A DNA stretch of 64,000 bases from positions 41,850,001 through 41,914,000 of the forward strand of contig NC_135826.1 of NCBI RefSeq assembly GCF_964213995.1, read 5' to 3'. A program made the translations under genes and the position numbers. Below are positions 56,091 to 64,000 of this stretch, piece after piece. The notes under the pieces are model-generated. The model worked only from the letters and a program-made list of their open reading frames with translations, was not told the origin of the DNA and did not search any database. Within the stretch, counting starts at the first letter, position 1. Each line of letters opens with the position of its first letter. This stretch comes from Mustelus asterias (lineage: Eukaryota).

Positions 56091-59000
56091 TTTGATCCAA
56101 GGAGGAAATTCCAGAGCTTAAGGTCCAGACTGCTTTTAAAAATTATTTCATGGGATGTGGACATCACTGACAAGGCCTGTATTTGCTGTCCGGTCATTTC
56201 AGAGGGCAGTTAAGAGTCAGCCACTTGACCATGGATCTGAAGTCCATGTAGTCCAGACCAAGTAAGGATGGCAGATTTCCTTTAGTGAACTAGTTTAATA
56301 ACAATGATAGCTTCATGCTCACCATTACCGAGACCAGCTTTCAATTCCCCATTTTATTGATTGTAATTGAACTCCACCAGCTGCTGCAGTGAGATTTGAA
56401 CCCATGTCCCCAGAGCATTACCCCAGGGTGACATTACCATTAAACTACCATACTCCCCAAAGGGAGCAAATGGCAGATCTCAGGGAGGTTACAGAGAAAG
56501 AGAGGGTAAGGCCAAGAAAATATGATTAAAAGGTTAAGAATTTAAAAGTTGAGTTGCAAGAGAGAGTTTAAGGAGTTCAGTCCCTGAATAAAGGAAGCTC
56601 TTGTATTTATAAAATACTTCTCATCTTTCGGACATCCCAAAGAGCTGGACAGAAACAATGAAGTTTTTTTTTGTGAAGCAACCTTTCCATACCAACATTT
56701 ACAATATGACTTCCTTGGTTCTAAACCTAGGAAACCCTCCACCATGTTTGACAGGACCCTCAACCGTATCCATTCCATTTCCTATATTTCTGCTCTCACT
56801 CCTTCCCCTCCCTCCCAGAATGAGATACCCTTGTCCTCGCCTCCCACTTCAACTGTAGAATAGTTACAGCATAGGAGGCCATTCACCCCAATTTAAATGT
56901 GCTGGCCCTCCAAGGGAGCAATTCACCTCGTTCTGCACCCCATAGTCCTGCACATTCATTCTTTCCAGATAACAGTTCAATTCCTTCTCGAATGTCTCGA
57001 TTGAACCTGCCTCCACCACACACTGAGGCAGCATGTAGCAATTCCTCACCACTGGCTGTGTAAAAATGTTTTTCCTCATGTTTCCATTGCTTCTTTGCCA
57101 ACTACCTCAAATCCTTGCCCTCTGGTTTTCGACTCATCTATTCATTTCTTCCCATCTATTCAGTCCAGAAACTTACGATTTTGATCACCTCTATCAAATC
57201 CTTTCTCAATCTCTTCTCCAATCTATCCACATAACTGAAATATATTTTTTCTTTCTAAAGTGTAGTCACTGTTGCAATATGGCAACAAACTGTGCACAGC
57301 AAGCCCCCACAAACAGCAATGAGATAATCCGGGGACTAGGCCCTGAATTTAGGAATTCCTTCCCTAAACCCCTCTACCTCACTCTCCTCTCTTAAGAAGC
57401 TCCTTAAAGCCCCCATCCTTGATCAAGCTTTTGTTCACCAGTCCTAATATGTCCTTTGGTGGGTCTGTGTCAAGTTTTGATCTATAACACTTCTGTGAAA
57501 CACCTTGAAATGTTTTATAATGTTAAAGGCGATATACAAATACAAACCATTGCTGTTGTAAGGAGTGGAACAGCTTTTACGTCCTTAAAGAACAGTTTTC
57601 TCTACTTCAAAACGGTGAGAACAGAAGAAGCTGTGAGAACATTAAGGCAGGGTACTGATTTTTTTTAAAAAGTTACACAGGAGAGTTACTTAGATAAAGG
57701 GATTGCGAATGAGTAAAGGATTACCTGGTACAGAGGTGAGAGGAAAAATTGATTAATTGTGGACAGGCAGGTCAGAGATTGGTACTTAATAAAATATAAG
57801 AATTTCTTTCTCTACAGCAAGTTAAAACTTGCCCTTAACTTTGCTTCTCAATTTCACATTAAATAAAACAATTTGGGGAAAATCTGAAGGTCTCAACAAC
57901 AGCTGCTTAACACAGGGACCCGGTGGTTGACAATTGTTTGACAATGATTAATTTCTCGATGTTTAACCTCTGTGCAGAAGTTTAAAAAGTGTTCTAAAAA
58001 CGAGGCACGAACGTGAAGCACAACATCCTGCTACGTGCCAAGAGCTAGAATCTCCACAGATGAGTTATTTATGGAAATCTGATATTTTCATTTTCCTCTC
58101 TGCAGGTCACAGGACCATTGTTTGTGACACTCGGTGGTCACTTGGTGTTGGCAGAATTGAAGAGAATCAAAAAAGCTCTCACAATGTTGATTGCCCTCTG
58201 AAATGGCCTAGCAATTCTCTGAATTGTGTTGAAGGGTTGAAGAATAAAACCGGACAGACCACCTGGAAACAGCAAGGACACATCCTTCCCAGTCAAACCT
58301 ACAAAGTCCTCCCTACGAACATCTGTGGACTAGAGCCAAAATTGAGAACTGTCAAGATGTTCCTTGGTAAGCCCACGTGAGTCCAAGTTCATTTCAAGAG
58401 CTTGATGTCTTACTTGGGAGCAATGTACAAAGGATGCATTGCTATGGCACCTTTCACCTCAGAATCCCACAAAACAGTTTACCGCTAATCAAGTCATTTT
58501 AGGTGTGTAGTGACTTTTATAAATTAGGAAACTAAACAGCCAATTTACATGCAGCAAACACCCATAATATAACAACCGGAGCATGCTTTTGTGCTGGATG
58601 AGGTGGTGGTGTAGTAGTATTGTCACTGGCTTAGCAATCCTGAAACCCAGCCTAATACTCTAGGTACCTGGGTTCAAATCCCACCGTGGCAAATTTGAAT
58701 TCAATAAAAAATCTACAAGTAATGACCATGAAACCATTCATTCACAGGATGTGGTTGTTGGCAAGGCCAGGATTTATTGGCCACCCCTAATGGCCCTTGC
58801 ATCACCTTCAGACAGACAATGGAGTGACCTGATGGGCCATTTCAAATGGTAGTTAAAAGTTAAACACATTGGTCTGGCTTATGACTCCAGACGCACAATC
58901 AAGGACAGCAAATTTCCTTCAATAAAGGCCATTAATGAACCAAGATGAGTTTGTAAACCACAATTCAATAGATTCATGGTCACAATTACTGTTCCTCGCT

Positions 59001-62000
59001 TTTTATTCTGGATTTAGTTAGTTGAATTTAAAGTCTGCAGCTGGTGTGGAAGAAATTGAATTCATGGCCTCAGCTCATTATCTCTGATTACTGGTTTAGC
59101 AACATAGCCACTATGCCACCACTCCTTAGCCGAACCTGCAATGTTGCATTTTCAGAGCTCCTCTCCCTTGAACCAAGTTCCCCGCTGCCTGATGCAGCAG
59201 TTTGGGTGGGTGTTGAAAGATCCCAGGGTACTTCTCAAAGATTGGGGACTTCCTTGACTAACCACCCCCCCCCCCCCCCCCCCCAAATTAACTGGGCATT
59301 CATTTCCAAGGGGTTTGTGGGGTTTTCCAGTGTGAAAATTGGCCCTCAGGTTTCCCTACGTAACAGTTACTGACAAAGCAATTTCCGGGAAGTACTTGAG
59401 GTTTCAGATAAAGCAAAGTCTTTGTGTTGACTTCAAACTAGCCCATAGATAGACTCACTCAGCCAAATGTTTTGTTAAACTTGAAAGAAAAATTAGATTA
59501 AATTGTCAATATCCCTTTATCACCAACGTAATTGCTGAGGCAAAAGCTTTTGCAGATACATATTACAGACATACTGTCCAGATGTAATTTGAAAGCTGTT
59601 TGCACGGGAGATCATTTATGACTTCAAGGTACAAGTATTGTGGATTTTAAAATACTGTAATTCTTTCATAACCCTCCGAGAGCAGTACTGTCTCTTTGTA
59701 TTACAGTCTGACTGCAGAGATGGTGGACGTACAGCCCAAATCTAAAGAAAAATACACTTATATTTATATAAAACATCTCAAAGATAATTCACAGTGGATC
59801 ATTTTAAATGGAATAACCATATTATGTAGGCAGCCATTAGCATGATCCCATAAACAGCAAAATCACTGACTGATATACCCAGAGCACTCTGCTTTCTTTC
59901 AAATAGCGTAATGGCAATCCACCTGAACACAAACAGGACTTCCATTTAACGTGGTTTTTGTGTTACTTTTTATGATTTGGGGTCTCCCAAAAGCACTTTA
60001 CAATGAAGTACTTCTGAAGCATCGTCACCATTGTAATCTGCGAGTCATTTTGCTCAAAGCCAGCTCCTAACAACAACAATGTGATAATGACCAAAATGTT
60101 CTGTTTCAGTGATGTTGGTTGAGGGGTGAATCTTTTTGCTTCCACCTGAGGGAGCACCGCCGAGAGTTCGGCACTCGATCATGTTGCACAAGAGTGTCAG
60201 CATATAGACCAGAAAGACTCCAGGTTTCATCCCTTATCTTTTTGAGTTATTTAATCTCCTTGAATGAGTTATCCAATTAGGACCACTCTCCGCACTCTGT
60301 CGCCATAGCCCAGCACTTTGTTTTCCTTTTCAAGTATGTCTGATTGACCCTTGAAGATTGCCACTGAATTGATTTCACCCACCTTTCAGACATCGTGTCC
60401 CAGTTAACACTACACATATTAATAATCTCATCGCCCTCTTCTCTTTATGGCACCTGGTTCAGACTCCTGCACAGGTGGAAAAATCCTCCCTACATCTGAG
60501 CTCATTGCTCCAACCCCTTTGTAATTTTGAAGACCTCTATTCAGTCACTTCTCAGCCTTTGCTTTTCTAGAGAATAGAAGAGGTGGTGTAAATTTTTTAA
60601 AAAGTCACAACCAATCACATTTGGTTTCATGTACATTTTTAATAAATACTTTTCTTTGACAATTCCTATTTACAATTTGTACAGGTTTGATAGGCACATT
60701 TGAAGGAGGCAACAAGCTTTAACCAAAACCTCCAAAAGACAAATTGAAATGTTACACCTTGCAATTTTTGCAGGAGCTGCACTGAATCCAGTGTCTGAGA
60801 ATTTAGACAGGCAGATATTTCGAGCTATGTTTTTGAGCAGGGCATTTTTTAAACATATGGCAAGGTATGTTGCAGAAACATAGTCTGCTAACAAACCTGG
60901 AGATGTTCAGTTTCTTCAAAATACCGATGGCTGTCTGTTCAACACTTAATAAGTGGGTAAAGAAAGAACTTACATTTCTATAGCACCTTTCACAACCTCA
61001 AGGACATCCTAAAAGCATTTTACAGCCAATGAAATACTTTTTTTTTTGAATTGTAGTCAATTGCGAGATAGGAAATGCAGCAGCCAATTTGCATACAAGC
61101 CGCCAAAAACCAGCAGAGATAAGTGACCAGATAATTTGTTGTAAGTGTTGTTTGAGGGGCACCTATTGGCCAGGACACCCAGGGAATGTTTACATCTACC
61201 AGGGGAAAATGGGATCTTGGTTTAACATGTCAGCCGAGTGATGGCACCTCTGATAGTGCAGCACTCCCTCGCACTGGCAATGGAGCGTCAACCTGGATGC
61301 TTTTGCTCAAGTTCCTGGAATGGGACTCCAATCTTGTGTCTCAGACACAAGGCAGCTAACGCAGAGCCATAGTTGACAGGTGTTCACCAGGGGTACACTT
61401 GGGTTATGTTGCAACTCTCAATGTAAATCTGCAGCAGATTTCCAAATACAATATCGTTTCTGTGTATGTGTGTTTTTTTTAAAAACAAGTTAGGAGGATT
61501 TGGAAAGGGAATAGAATGATTTCTCTCAATTCAGTGTCCACTAACCCCTTTGCTTTGGTTTGAAGGTATATGCTGAAGTTTTTTAAACGAATCTTGCTCA
61601 ACAGATACTGCAAATCAATAGACAACAGCATAATACTTGAATGTGGGAAAGGAAGGCCAGCGCACTTGGATAAGGAGTTAAAAATCTGACACAGGACTTG
61701 AGTAGACATGGGCCTGGTGTGGTTTGAATTTTGCTCAGGGTTTTAATTTTGCAGCATGCATCAACTCTCCAGATTCAGGCAACTGAACAAATAGAAAAGT
61801 ACTGAACAGAAAATGATTTGGGTCATTTATCTTCAGTCTCTATGTTGATTCAGCTAACTGCAGATCAGTGTGAGCATTCACATCATTTCTCACCCATTAA
61901 CTGATTGGCTATTTTCAGGAAAATAAGAGTATCAAAAACTCCAAACTACTTATACCTTTCAGCCTCGTGCAGAGTGCGAATTAGAAATCCAACCATGCGA

Positions 62001-64000
62001 TTGCCACCATTTCAATTGGCAGGTCAAAACAGTTAAGCTCAAGTTTTCTATTTTTCCCTCTCCAGTGTGTCTCTCTCTCTTTCCTGGGACACAGATTTAC
62101 ACATACGGAGCACCCTCTGCAACCTCTCTCTACACCACGCCATTCTTCCTCTCACAAGTCATCACTCTTCCTAGACAGTGTAAAACTTCACATGGGATAC
62201 ACCGTCATGCTTGAGGTTTGCTCTTAGCAGAGAGCCACAAGCATTCCCAGCAGTGATCACACGCATTGTGCGATGCCTTCTCAATGGAGGCTGGCAGAGG
62301 GAGAATTGGGCAAGGCAAATCCAGAGCTCATTCTAATTCAGAGCACATGAATATATGACATAATACAAAGGAAAGCTGGAGAGCTGAACACACACATACA
62401 CATTGCATTGCTCCTAGGGTCAGGGAGATGTAAATAGTGATCGAGTGCCCTGGGGTGCACCAAGAGCATCATGTCAACCATCTCACAGTAATCTTTTTTT
62501 AAAAAAGGCAATATATAAGGTGACATTTTTCTTACCCCTTTCAAGGGGGCAAGTGAAACTTTTACTAGACAGCGCATGCAATTAAGTCAGGTTCAGTCCA
62601 TCACTGTAAACCAAGATCTGCAGAATGGGAGACACCAACAGATATTCTGCTTGTTCAGCTGGCCACAAGAAGGTGGGCAAAATGGGCAATGTTGTTGGGG
62701 GTGAGGCCAGGGGAAGAACGAACAAAAAAGTGACAGCAACTATACCTCAAAATTTAAAAAGGAACAATCAGATTTGCAGCTTTGTGGCTGGCAGGAGGAC
62801 CCTGATGTCAACAGGATACACCCAGAAAGAATGCAGAGCCATACAGGGCACCCTGAATGATATGCAGTGGGCAAGCAGAAGGACTGATGTGGCCTTCAAG
62901 CAGACATTCCATATTAAAATATTAAGTGGTATGTACTCTGATGTTCTGGTCTATTAGAGCAGCACCTACCATCCATCAACAAAAAGCACTGAGAATCGAA
63001 GTTGTGTCTGGGCGCTGCATGACACACGCCACTCGAGTGAGGGGGAAACAGGAGATGTAGCCAGCTATTGCACTCACTGGATTTATGAAATCTAATGAAT
63101 GCCATTTCCATTGCCATTAAACTCATCCCCGCTTTCCACTGATTGCCTGCCTTTCTGAAATCCCTGCATCCAGGAGCTCAATCCTGACAGCAAGTAATTG
63201 TTGAGTGTGCATGGGGATGGTGTGGAGCTGGGTTCTAGAAACATGACCCATTCTGTTACTCAAACTGGCACCAGCCAGTAAAATTGTTATTTATCCTTCC
63301 TTCTCTGACAAACAACAGTCTACAGTCTTCATAATCCCTTTGAAATCAAAACCTGATTGGGATAACAACTTGCCAAGAAATGCAATAGATTTGCACTTCT
63401 GTTTTTCGAATGCCAGCCAAATGGGCATGCAACCCACTTGAAACAAAAACAGAACATAAACACAACTACATTCCCAAGAGGGAATGGTGGGCTAACCATC
63501 TTTAACACTTCTAATTTACCCTACAGCCTGTGATTTAGAACACCTGAACAGCCGTGATGAACAGCCCCATGGAGCAGATTATAAAGACCAAGTCACACCC
63601 CAAATACATGCTTTTGTTCACTGAACTTAGTACAATTAAAAGACAGCTGAATGCATTGTGGTCCTTCGCCAGCATGCAAATTTACCTCTGGGGTGAGGCT
63701 TGAATTAAGATTAAACTCTCACATTTCCTAGTCACATTTGGAGCTATTCACTGTCGGTGCCCCTCACTGCGATTTATCCAAATTGATCAATCTGTAATAA
63801 TACCACTGGCCTAGATTTTCTGGGACCCCGCTTCATCGAGTGCAAGTGAGCAGAGTGGAATCCCCAGGCAAAAGCCAGAGGTTCTGACCAAAATTTCAGG
63901 GCAGGAGTATTTGCATGGCCAGGCTGGCCCACTCGAGGCAAAGCTAATCTGTCCTTCCAATACCGAGCGGAGTTCTCTGGAGACCAAAATCTTTTGGAAC

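Noticed and set aside
56500-64000. A further gene upstream
   Set aside because: Only short ORFs without recognisable motifs or a consistent splice pattern, mixed with old decayed repeats. A UTR or regulatory role cannot be excluded.

Overview
Repeat-rich eukaryotic genomic DNA, almost certainly from a shark or other elasmobranch (HE1-type tRNA SINEs, Deu-domain SINEs, CR1, Rex1/Babar, Tx1 and Penelope retroelements, solo LTRs, a 69-bp satellite). The main feature is a complete, intact 8-exon minus-strand gene (CDS 52434->18334, all introns GT-AG and phase 1, 1938 nt, 645 aa). It encodes a VCAM-1/MAdCAM-1-like type I adhesion molecule: signal peptide, integrin-binding D1 with four Cys and a TIDST motif, D2, D3, three near-identical copies of a fourth Ig exon, a TM segment and a Ser-rich tail. 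A consensus NF-kB site and a TATA-like box lie upstream. The three repeated Ig exons are about 96-99% identical while their flanking introns have diverged, which suggests exon-restricted homogenisation. Downstream (about 1-13.6 kb, minus strand) are scattered exon-like segments of an unidentified, probably decayed second gene; one is split by a satellite array whose removal at GT..AG restores the frame. Penelope copies occur as inverted hairpin insertions of graded size (largest about 2 kb) with target-site duplications and minimal hammerhead ribozymes. Repeat boundaries are approximate; family names come from remembered motifs, not from a database search.
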